DNA of 34,248 nt from an uncultured virus (IMG/VR IMGVR_UViG_3300032282_002789). Taxonomy: Duplodnaviria > Heunggongvirae > Uroviricota > Caudoviricetes. Made by a program: the position numbers and the translations under genes. The stretch lies in the IMG/VR virus record IMGVR_UViG_3300032282_002789; one strand, 5' to 3'. The notes under the pieces are model-generated. The model worked only from the letters and a program-made list of their open reading frames with translations, was not told the DNA's origin and searched no databases. Below, one piece after another: positions 1-7,475 of this stretch; within the stretch, counting starts at the first letter, position 1, and each line of letters starts with the position of its first letter.

Positions 1-242
1 ACTAAGCACTCTGTTGTTGTGTAATCTTTTCTCCAACCCAAAGGAACTAATTCATCCCAGAATAATTCTTCTGTATATGGTTCTGGGTTTATTTGTTCAT
101 GGTAGTAGTCTTTGTATTGTTTTTGTTTATGTTTTATATACCCTTGATTTAGATCGTTATAAAGATCTACAAACTGTTTGCTATCCATATCCGCCCCTAA
201 CTAACTGACTAACTCTTCCTGGTTGCCAGGTAAGTTAGTTCT

Positions 243-274
243 GAGATAGCCCCACCATTTCTGATGGGGCTTCT
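243..274 (-). terminator. GC-rich stem-loop downstream of the transglycosylase gene
   Basis: gagatAGCCCCA-ccatttc-tgaTGGGGCTtctc inverted repeat just past the 315 stop; no clear U-tract. Confidence 0.45.
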
Positions 275-314
275 CCTATTGCTTTGCTTTACTGTGCTTC
301 TGCTATGGCTTTTG

Positions 315-944
315 CTATTGCTTTGCTTTTACTACAAGGAACTTATCCATTAACTGTTCAGTCTTTGGGGTAATTCCGTGCCAAGCATTCCAATTTTTGC
401 CACCATCACTCATGTAATAAGCGATAGTTGCATTGACCACAGGGTTGAGCAGTTCGGCATTAGATTTTAATCCAAACTTATCTCTACGAGATTGACCTAA
501 CTCTCCAAGCATATTTATTTGGAACATGCCCCACGAGTTATCGCCTGTGTCTATATTTCCATTGTGAGCGAGAGGTCGCCCATTACTTTCTTTCTTAGCG
601 ACTGCCCATGCTTCTTTAAGGTCTTCACCTTTGAAGCCTACGGCTTGTAGCAACTCGACCAATTCAGTATCGGTCAAAGTATTAACATTCTGATACTTTT
701 TCAAAGTTGCTTCTCTCTTTGTTTGTTGAACTATTTGCGCTTCGGCTTTGGTTGGCGCAAAGGCTATGGAAGTTCCAAATGCCATTGAACCAGTTGCTAG
801 GATCAAAATGATCCCACCTACTCCTAGTGCTTTTATTTTTGCTTTGGCTCGGCGGTTTTGCTCTGCCATTACCTTTGCTGATGCTTTTGCTATTGCTTTG
901 GCATCTGCTTCGGCTCTGTTCATTATCTTGTTTTTCATCATCAC
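315..944 (-). CDS. Membrane-anchored or secreted lytic transglycosylase (SLT/lysozyme-like fold)
   Basis: N-terminal hydrophobic segment (LGVGGIILILATGSMAFG), catalytic AKKES motif, GMFQIN motif, C-terminal WNAW; start overlaps the integrase stop. Confidence 0.8.
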   Translation of the reverse strand: MMMKNKIMNRAEADAKAIAKASAKVMAEQNRRAKAKIKALGVGGIILILATGSMAFGTSIAFAPTKAEAQIVQQTKREATLKKYQNVNTLTDTELVELLQAVGFKGEDLKEAWAVAKKESNGRPLAHNGNIDTGDNSWGMFQINMLGELGQSRRDKFGLKSNAELLNPVVNATIAYYMSDGGKNWNAWHGITPKTEQLMDKFLVVKAKQ

Positions 945-2278
945 TCCAAATAGCCATTGGCACTTTCAGATGCCTTTGACTGGTGTGAACGAAGGCGGTG
1001 TAAATACCGCTCTGTCGTCTTGATCGATTGATGCCCTAATCGCTCTTTTACTTCATGAACATCTACGCCGTTCTTTAATAACTGCGTAGCGTTGGCATGT
1101 CGTAAATCGTGAGTTCTAGGAAACCACCCGATTGCGGACTTGGCTATTGCTTTGTTCCAACTTGTTCTCCATACATCACGAGGCATGTGGCTCATATTGT
1201 TGATGAAACTCCCTTGCTCTTGCTTCTGCTGATGCTTCTGCTTTGCCTTACGGCTTCGGCTTCCTACCTGCTTTGCTTCTGCTAGTGCTTCTGCTTGGGC
1301 TTTGGCTTTGCGGTAGTTTCCTACTGCTTGCCTACAACCTTCGCATCTACAACCCCCATGTGTATAGGAGTAAAGAGTTCCATGCTGGAACTGTTTTCCG
1401 CCCTTCTCGAATGGTCGAGAGGGCTTTGCGCCTTGTGAACCTATTATTTTACTTGGAGTTATCAGTATTGTTCTTGGGAACATCAGATCATCTTTTGCTA
1501 TGCCTTTTGCTAGGACATACGCTTTTAGTTGCTGTAATAGGGCTTTACTTATCATTATGCTTCGCTTTTGCCCCGACTTTGTGGCATCTACAACTAGAAA
1601 TCTCTCGCCTTTGTTATACGCTTTGCCTAGATCACTAACTCGCCTTTGAATAAATATCTCGCCAGTTTTGAAGTTAATGTCTTTTGCTCTTACTTCTGTG
1701 GCTTCCCCATAGCGACACCCACTTGCTACTAGGAACTGGGCAAATAACTTTGCCCCTTCGGTTGGTAGGTGCTTTACAATCTCCTTGAACTCGTCAGGCT
1801 CTAATACATTGGAAATATCGGCATGATTAAGTTTGATCTTAATTCCATGAGTAGGATTAATTTCCACTTTTCCAGCACTAACTAACTTAGAAAACATAGA
1901 GCCAAGAGAGGCTTTAACTTGATTGAGCGTTGCGGGCTTAACGCCACTTAGTTTTAGATCATCAATTAACTTCACTAAGTCTGAAGGCTTCAGGGAAGTT
2001 AGTTCTCGATCTCCTATTGCTGGAATTACAAATCTAGTTAAAACCGATTTATAGCCCTTCTTTGTGATCGGCATGAGATCAGATACCGCCAGCCATTGAT
2101 CTACATAATCGCCCACCTTCAAATTAGCCTTTGAAGGGGTCATAGAGCCATGCTTCTCCCCTTGTATGGCGTGATACATGGCTTCGGTTTCATTAGCCCA
2201 TGTGCCAGCCGATACACGCCGATTTCCAAGCCTGTAATAGCCTGTAAATCTGCCGTTGCGCTTGCTCACATACGCCAT
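941..2278 (-). CDS. int: Tyrosine recombinase/integrase with internal Zn-finger insertion
   Basis: Catalytic set visible: GCRYGE (R), ATKSG (K), HDLRH (HxxR), LGHQS (H), TERYLH (Y); N-terminal arm-binding and SAM-like regions. Confidence 0.93.
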   Translation of the reverse strand: MAYVSKRNGRFTGYYRLGNRRVSAGTWANETEAMYHAIQGEKHGSMTPSKANLKVGDYVDQWLAVSDLMPITKKGYKSVLTRFVIPAIGDRELTSLKPSDLVKLIDDLKLSGVKPATLNQVKASLGSMFSKLVSAGKVEINPTHGIKIKLNHADISNVLEPDEFKEIVKHLPTEGAKLFAQFLVASGCRYGEATEVRAKDINFKTGEIFIQRRVSDLGKAYNKGERFLVVDATKSGQKRSIMISKALLQQLKAYVLAKGIAKDDLMFPRTILITPSKIIGSQGAKPSRPFEKGGKQFQHGTLYSYTHGGCRCEGCRQAVGNYRKAKAQAEALAEAKQVGSRSRKAKQKHQQKQEQGSFINNMSHMPRDVWRTSWNKAIAKSAIGWFPRTHDLRHANATQLLKNGVDVHEVKERLGHQSIKTTERYLHRLRSHQSKASESANGYLE

Positions 2279-2294
2279 ATCAGCCCCCTATGCT

Positions 2295-2340
2295 CTACTG
2301 GCGAGTAATGCTACTGGTGGGTAATGCTACTCGCCAGTAG
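2295..2340. promoter_or_regulatory. Three tandem near-palindromic sites (16-bp period) upstream of int
   Basis: cTACTGGCGAGTAatg cTACTGGTGGGTAatg cTACTCGCCAGTAg; the outer two form a perfect 13-bp inverted repeat. Confidence 0.55.
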
Positions 2341-2350
2341 GTTCTTGGTC

Positions 2351-2387
2351 AAAAAATAACCCCTAATCCAAATTGGGTTAGGGGTTA
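2351..2387 (-). terminator. Intrinsic terminator separating the upstream operon from int
   Basis: Minus strand TAACCCCTAACCCAA-T-TTGGATTAGGGGTTA followed by TTTTTT. Confidence 0.8.
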
Positions 2388-2512
2388 ACTATTAACTACA
2401 TAAAGAATTAGGCGGTCAGGCTTGGAACTAACTCGGTGGAACACCAGATAAGTTAGTCATTGGGAAGTTCTGAGCGTGAACTAACTTTTCTGGAATTAAA
2501 TAAAGTTAGTTC

Positions 2513-3061
2513 CTACCAACTGGCTCGATAAATAAACTCCAACTGATCAGATTGTTCTAGCAAGGTAGTAATTAGATCAATCGTGTATTCCAGTTGCGAG
2601 TAATAGTAATCACCAAGATCATCACTACCAAAGAAAAATCCAGCAGAAGGTTTAAGTGGATTTTCATAAGTATCAACTGTAATTTTTTGATCTAAACTAT
2701 TTAAGTAATCACACAATAAATAAAATACTTTATTGTTTTCAATTTGATATTGGCGATCAGGATTTGCCAAAGCCTTAACACAATCACTACGCAAAGTTTC
2801 TAATTGCTCTCTGCTCAGGTGTATCTCTTGGCACTCATCAACGCCGTCAGCAACATTATTAATGAACCAACCATGAATAGCGTTTGCCTTGCGCCAGTAT
2901 CCAACTAATTGTTTAACAAGGATATTCGCAAAATCAGGAGTTGGTAATTGTTCAAGTCCTGCTATTTTTTTAATATCCTTAAACATATTTGGGTGTTCTT
3001 TATCAAAAGTATCTGATGAACTCACATACTTCTCGGCATACAAATACATATCTAAACCCAT
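2513..3061 (-). CDS. Conserved phage hypothetical protein (MGLDMY...YWRKANAIH...SW type)
   Basis: 182-aa ORF with a motif pattern recurrent in phage proteins; RBS-like AAGGGAG upstream. Confidence 0.75.
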   Translation of the reverse strand: MGLDMYLYAEKYVSSSDTFDKEHPNMFKDIKKIAGLEQLPTPDFANILVKQLVGYWRKANAIHGWFINNVADGVDECQEIHLSREQLETLRSDCVKALANPDRQYQIENNKVFYLLCDYLNSLDQKITVDTYENPLKPSAGFFFGSDDLGDYYYSQLEYTIDLITTLLEQSDQLEFIYRASW

Positions 3062-3222
3062 TAATTGATCTCCCTTACAATATCAATCGCAACATCTAAT
3101 CCCGATATTGCGCCGTCTAACATCATAAAGTCAGAAGTGCCGTCTTGTTCAGCATGGTTCTGCCTTCTACGCCAAGCGTGTTGGAGTTCAGTTAATTCAC
3201 TAATTGCCTGATCTTTAGTCAT
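3061..3222 (-). CDS. Small hypothetical protein (53 aa, MTKDQAISEL...)
   Basis: Hand-translated; fills the gap and is coupled to both neighbours. Confidence 0.65.
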   Translation of the reverse strand: MTKDQAISELTELQHAWRRRQNHAEQDGTSDFMMLDGAISGLDVAIDIVREIN

Positions 3223-3403
3223 TAGTTGTTTCCACTTCTCTAGTTTTTAACCAGTTATTTACTGTTTCTTTTTTCCATAACGGAACTTTGCCGATTTGGT
3301 GATCGGGTTCGGGAAGGGTGTTGCGCTCTCGATACTTGTAGATCGTTCGAACTTTTAACCCTGCTAGTTTTGCTATATCTGTATTTGTTAGCCATTCGCT
3401 CAT
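3215..3403 (-). CDS. AlpA/excisionase-like (MerR-type) HTH DNA-binding protein
   Basis: WLTNTDIAKLAGLKVRTIYKYR...LPEPD..IG..PLW pattern. Confidence 0.8.
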   Translation of the reverse strand: MSEWLTNTDIAKLAGLKVRTIYKYRERNTLPEPDHQIGKVPLWKKETVNNWLKTREVETTND

Positions 3404-3405
3404 GT

Positions 3406-3876
3406 TTATTTAACAACTTTCTTTTTAGTTTCATTAGGTTTAGTTCCCCACTTTGTTGTTTGAGTTTCCGTATCAGCCCATAGATAAGGTAAAAATATAG
3501 GCACATTAAATACATAATAGTTTGGGTCTTTACGCATTAAATTACTTTGATGCGATTGGTGAACTAAATGATCACCAAACCAAAAAGGCAATCCAGTATC
3601 AGGAAAGGTTGGGTGTAGTGCTACGAACTGAGGCAACATGGTGTCCTTGTAGCCACGATCTACCCATTCTTGGCAGATCGCAATTCCATATTCACACAAA
3701 GCCTTCTCATGCCCACGCCACATCTTTGTAGCAGGGTGATTACGCCAGCCCTGACTAACACCCATTAATGCTCGAAGTATTTGCCACGCTTCAACTCGTT
3801 GCTTACCTAATCGCCTGTAATCAAGAGCCTTAGCAGACTTAGTAAAATCAGGATAAGGAATAAATGTATTAACCAT
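3406..3876 (-). CDS. MSMEG_6728-like protein (pyrimidine-dimer DNA glycosylase/T4 endonuclease V-related)
   Basis: TFIPYPDF..SA..LD.RRLGKQRVEAWQIL, GWRNHPATKMWRG, HQSHQSNLMRKDP motifs. Confidence 0.85.
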   Translation of the reverse strand: MVNTFIPYPDFTKSAKALDYRRLGKQRVEAWQILRALMGVSQGWRNHPATKMWRGHEKALCEYGIAICQEWVDRGYKDTMLPQFVALHPTFPDTGLPFWFGDHLVHQSHQSNLMRKDPNYYVFNVPIFLPYLWADTETQTTKWGTKPNETKKKVVK

Positions 3877-4015
3877 TATTTACTTCTGACGATAATTTGA
3901 ACTCACTTGGATTACACCATTTACATATATTAAGAGTTAGTTCCATATCACTATCAAAAGTTGTTAACCAAGTTTTTGTATTTATTGGTTCATAACATAG
4001 ATCGCATTTAACCAT
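3869..4015 (-). CDS. Small CxxC...CxxC zinc-finger protein
   Basis: MVKCDLC...ICKWC; start placed at the ATG overlapping the WhiB 3' end, with GGAG upstream. Confidence 0.55.
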   Translation of the reverse strand: MVKCDLCYEPINTKTWLTTFDSDMELTLNICKWCNPSEFKLSSEVNNG

Positions 4016-4304
4016 TGATACCACTCCTATATTGTTTTCGAAGCAAACTGGCTCGTTCAACTTCGGTTAATCCACCCCATATTCCATATCTAACTCTGTT
4101 GCTTAATGCGAAAGACAAACACTTATTTTTAATTTCGGTGTCGCAATTACCACAAAGAGTTTTGGCTTTTGTAATACCAGCATTATCAGTTGGATCAGGA
4201 AAAAAGATTTCAGGGTCAACTGTTTGGCATGGCGCATCATCAATATCCTGTGGAGTTGGAGTATCGAGTTCAACTGGTTTAATTACTTTTCGGGCTTTAG
4301 TCAT
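4008..4304 (-). CDS. whiB: WhiB-family Fe-S transcription factor
   Basis: C..DPEIFF, AKTLCGNC, CLSFAL, YGIWGGLT..ER; likely start MTKARK at 4304 with AAGGAG upstream. Confidence 0.92.
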   Translation of the reverse strand: MTKARKVIKPVELDTPTPQDIDDAPCQTVDPEIFFPDPTDNAGITKAKTLCGNCDTEIKNKCLSFALSNRVRYGIWGGLTEVERASLLRKQYRSGING

Positions 4305-4611
4305 TTTCTTGATCTCCTTTGTTTTTAACATGATCAACATACTGTTCCATTACTGTAATTAGATCAGCAGGGTCTAAATTAGCCAACTTTAATAGCACTT
4401 CAATCATGTGTAGTAAGCCCCATACCAACATTTCAGGTTCAATATCTTGATCAGCAATTAAAGTGTTTAAGTGTTCATTGGCTAAATGTTCTTTAATTTC
4501 TTGGGGCAAACTATCTTTACGATCTTGGTCAACCTTAAATCCACGAACAATTTTAATAAACTCATTCGCAAAATTAATAGATTTAATTAAATCCGATTGT
4601 TCTTGGTTCAT
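4297..4611 (-). CDS. Hypothetical protein
   Basis: 104-aa ORF, AAGGAG RBS, overlaps both neighbours. Confidence 0.7.
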   Translation of the reverse strand: MNQEQSDLIKSINFANEFIKIVRGFKVDQDRKDSLPQEIKEHLANEHLNTLIADQDIEPEMLVWGLLHMIEVLLKLANLDPADLITVMEQYVDHVKNKGDQEND

Positions 4612-4955
4612 TTTTTCTCCTTCATAATTAATTCATTTAAGTAATCGTATTTGGGAAATCCATTGTTATTTTGATGCCCAGTATCATTACCGCAATCAAC
4701 GCATTGACCCAATACTGGAACTTTACAACCGCACTCACAATTACATTCAGGTTCGGTTTCAAACACTTCATCAAACAAACTTTCATCAAGTAGATCATCA
4801 AACATTTTATTCTCCTTTAGTTGTTTTAGATATTCCGCTTCTATCTTTCTAATTTGTATTCTTGAAGTTCCAAACATACGAGCAACTTCTGATAAAGATT
4901 TTTGATACGCAACTCTTTGGTGAACTATCTTTTTCTTTTCATTTTCATTAATCAT
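4608..4955 (-). CDS. HTH (sigma region-4-like) plus Cys-rich domain; possibly two fused genes
   Basis: KSLSEVARMFGTSRIQIRKIE HTH; C-terminal CNCECGC...CVDCG; internal AAGGAG-N6-ATG at 4805. Confidence 0.6.
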   Translation of the reverse strand: MINENEKKKIVHQRVAYQKSLSEVARMFGTSRIQIRKIEAEYLKQLKENKMFDDLLDESLFDEVFETEPECNCECGCKVPVLGQCVDCGNDTGHQNNNGFPKYDYLNELIMKEKK

Positions 4956-4978
4956 TACTTACTCCATTTCTGTTAGGA

Positions 4979-5118
4979 GTTGAATAGGCGCAGATACGGC
5001 TCGTTTTATTATCCAAAGCAATTAAGGATATTAAAAGTCTTGACCGCCCTTCACAAGCGAAAGGAGTGGGGAATGAAAACGGAAACCCCGACAAATCTTG
5101 TGTTAACGCCTACCCAAC
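4979..5118 (-). ncRNA. Candidate structured intergenic RNA (about 140 nt)
   Basis: Closing stem GUUGGGUAGGCG/CGCCUAUUCAAC with G-U pairs on the minus strand; inner CACAAG/CUUGUG, GGGG/CCCC and UAUCC/GGAUA stems. Confidence 0.5.
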
Positions 5119-5127
5119 AATTTTAAG

Positions 5128-5304
5128 TTATCGAGAGAGTGATCTCTTTTGTGCTTCTACGCAGTTATAGCAAAACCAAAGAATATCCTGAGAATAATTA
5201 TCAGTAATTGTTTTGCCATTTTCTCTAACGCCTTGTTGACCGCATTGATCACAAGTATCTAATTCGTGATCATTAACTCGTCTAACAATTTCTACATAAC
5301 CCAT
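5128..5304 (-). CDS. Small zinc-finger protein (58 aa)
   Basis: Hand-translated MGYVEIVRR...CDQCG...WFCYNC. Confidence 0.7.
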   Translation of the reverse strand: MGYVEIVRRVNDHELDTCDQCGQQGVRENGKTITDNYSQDILWFCYNCVEAQKRSLSR

Positions 5305-5463
5305 TTATTTACCCCCAAAAAAACATTGATCAATAGTTCCCCAACAATAATGATTTCCCACCCAACTAATGTGAGTTGATAAATAATAAATCCCAATTAC
5401 TATCGCACTCCAAAATAAAATGCGAACCGCAGTTCGGATTTTGTAATAGGTTTTTGATCTCAT
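5305..5463 (-). CDS. Small membrane protein (52 aa)
   Basis: Hand-translated MRSKTYYKIRTAVRILFWSAIVIGIYYL...; GAAAGGAG RBS. Confidence 0.7.
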   Translation of the reverse strand: MRSKTYYKIRTAVRILFWSAIVIGIYYLSTHISWVGNHYCWGTIDQCFFGGK

Positions 5464-6075
5464 TTATTTACTCCTTTCTAAATGTAGTTGGTATCTCCAA
5501 CTATTTTGTTCTTGATGAGTTTTAATTCTGTGGCAACTGGAACACCTAACAACACACTTCTTTATTTCTGATTTAATTTTTGTAGAAAGAAGTTTGCTAC
5601 CAAGCGCAGTTCCGATATTAAACTTTTTACTATGTAAATGATCAAACTCTAAAGCCAGCACATTATTTTCACCACAATCAATACAAGGATTTTGTAATAA
5701 ATAATTAAATACAAACTCTCTTACTTCTTTGTGGTTAGTCCTGTGTTTTTCCGCTTGTCTAATAGACACACAAGGCTTACAAGCCCCTTCATAACCTTTA
5801 TTACCGCTTGCGTGAGTTTTAGGTTGAAAGCGTGATAGTAATTTGATTTTGCGACAATAACCACAACGCTTTCTACCCTTAGCAAGTAAGTTTAATTTTT
5901 CTGCTTTGCGCTTTGCTGAACCCTTACGCATTAAGGCAAAGCAAGATTTACACCTTGCCCTAACTTTGTATTGTCCGTCTAAGTGTTTATTAAACCGACT
6001 AAGTGGTAAAGCAGTAAGGCAACCAATACAAACTTTAGTTCGTTTTGATTTAGTTATGGATTTGTTGGTAGCCAC
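5464..6075 (-). CDS. HNH-type endonuclease with N-terminal zinc fingers
   Basis: Two CxxC..CxxC fingers, then CIDCG...LEFDH...KCVVRCSSCHR. Confidence 0.8.
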   Translation of the reverse strand: MATNKSITKSKRTKVCIGCLTALPLSRFNKHLDGQYKVRARCKSCFALMRKGSAKRKAEKLNLLAKGRKRCGYCRKIKLLSRFQPKTHASGNKGYEGACKPCVSIRQAEKHRTNHKEVREFVFNYLLQNPCIDCGENNVLALEFDHLHSKKFNIGTALGSKLLSTKIKSEIKKCVVRCSSCHRIKTHQEQNSWRYQLHLERSK

Positions 6076-6788
6076 AAACTATCCAATCTAAGTGTTTTAT
6101 ATTTAAGATCATTATGGTTTGACGGAGTTAAATACCCAACATTAAATCGGCTACCAGTTGTAGATACGATCTTGCCTTTACGCAAACGCCCATGCGCCTG
6201 AATAAACACCTGATCACCAACATTAATGTTGTAAGGATTTTTTGTATCGTATGAACCAATCCGTTCATCAGCAATAGAAATTAATTCATCTCTCACATCT
6301 ACAATTTGTGAAAGTAAATCTAATTTCTTTTTACATTTTTTAATTGCTTTATTTGGGTCAGTATCACCGCCATACATATAAAGCGTGGCAAGTTCACCTA
6401 ACCAATTTAAGTGTTGTTGGGCATCTCCAACGCCACCAATTTCGTAAGCAATACTTTCGTAATAAACAAATGATCTAACATCTTTCATGTGTCCACCAAT
6501 TTCATCATCAGCCAAATAACTATCGGTTGTGTTTCCCTTTAAGTCCAAAACTGTTCTGAACTCATAGTTAAATCCAATAGTTATTAATTGAAAACTTTTG
6601 TAGATTTGTTCATCAAAAGTTATATCAACTAACTTAGATTGAGTTAATACATCAAACCTATTGCGAGTATGTGGTTGCCAAATGTGATTGCTGGTATCCC
6701 CAACACTCCAATAGCCGTCTTTATTATTGAACTTAGTTTTTAATCGTTCAAGATAAAAACTATCTTTAGTAGTTGTTTGTGTAGTCAT
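6054..6788 (-). CDS. Hypothetical protein with a possible C-terminal SH3/KOW-like domain
   Basis: 244-aa ORF; INVGDQVFIQAHGRLRKGKIV. Confidence 0.7.
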   Translation of the reverse strand: MTTQTTTKDSFYLERLKTKFNNKDGYWSVGDTSNHIWQPHTRNRFDVLTQSKLVDITFDEQIYKSFQLITIGFNYEFRTVLDLKGNTTDSYLADDEIGGHMKDVRSFVYYESIAYEIGGVGDAQQHLNWLGELATLYMYGGDTDPNKAIKKCKKKLDLLSQIVDVRDELISIADERIGSYDTKNPYNINVGDQVFIQAHGRLRKGKIVSTTGSRFNVGYLTPSNHNDLKYKTLRLDSLWLPTNP

Positions 6789-7408
6789 TAACCCACCAAA
6801 TCTTTCGCTTCAAGAACTTTCTCGATTAATATGCTCATAGTTTTGAGATCAATACTCATCTCTGAAACTTCAATGTAGTTATCTCCAACTCGGCGATTGC
6901 GTTGATCAACTGTTATGTGATTAACACGATCACCAATAATTGTTTTAAGAGATGCGATTAGAGAAGCAGAAACTCTTTCGTGATATTCCTTTGCTTCACG
7001 CTGTTTGCGTTCACGCTCTTTCTGTTCTGCTTCTTGCTTTTGGCGTTCCAGTAATTCTTGTTGTTCTCTTTGCGCCCACTTTGGTTCAAGAGTTGCGTAT
7101 TCAGCAACAATGTCTTGTGGTCTAGCCAACCAAAAGATAGTTGTTGATGCTTGTCCTGATTGAATGTAATCATCTGAACAAACTAAATAACCAACATTAC
7201 GAGAACCTTTATTTGCTGGCGCAAAGTTTTGATCATCTTTTTTATCTGATCTATAAACTTTGTATTCATATTTATCAGTTGATACAAGAGTTGCGTTAGC
7301 AACATGATTGCGTTGAACACGATCAGGATTTTTCTTATCGCTTGATGAATAATCCCATGCTGGAATTACGCCATATTTAGTTCCTATTTTTAGTTCTGCG
7401 GATTTCAT
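6788..7408 (-). CDS. Hypothetical protein with coiled coil
   Basis: 206-aa ORF, AAGGAG RBS, E/R/Q-rich helix. Confidence 0.75.
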   Translation of the reverse strand: MKSAELKIGTKYGVIPAWDYSSSDKKNPDRVQRNHVANATLVSTDKYEYKVYRSDKKDDQNFAPANKGSRNVGYLVCSDDYIQSGQASTTIFWLARPQDIVAEYATLEPKWAQREQQELLERQKQEAEQKERERKQREAKEYHERVSASLIASLKTIIGDRVNHITVDQRNRRVGDNYIEVSEMSIDLKTMSILIEKVLEAKDLVG

Positions 7409-7432
7409 TTATTTATTCTCCTTAGTTAGAAG

Positions 7433-7464
7433 GGTGGAACATAGCCCCCCGACCATGTTCCACC
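7433..7464 (-). terminator. Stem-loop after the VWA gene (terminator or processing site)
   Basis: GGTGGAACAT...ATGTTCCACC perfect 10-bp stem. Confidence 0.5.
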
Positions 7465-7475
7465 ACATTTGTTTG

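Noticed and set aside
14..208. 64-aa plus-strand ORF
   Set aside because: TTG start, opposite to the local gene direction, no motif; more likely a shadow of a minus-strand gene running off the window edge
1385..1400. KQF in the integrase as another tag instance
   Set aside because: Internal, and lacks the NL/LS part; likely chance
682..1638. Alternative-frame ORFs 682-963, 748-1023 and 1243-1638
   Set aside because: They overlap well-supported genes; their openness is explained by the low-complexity repeats
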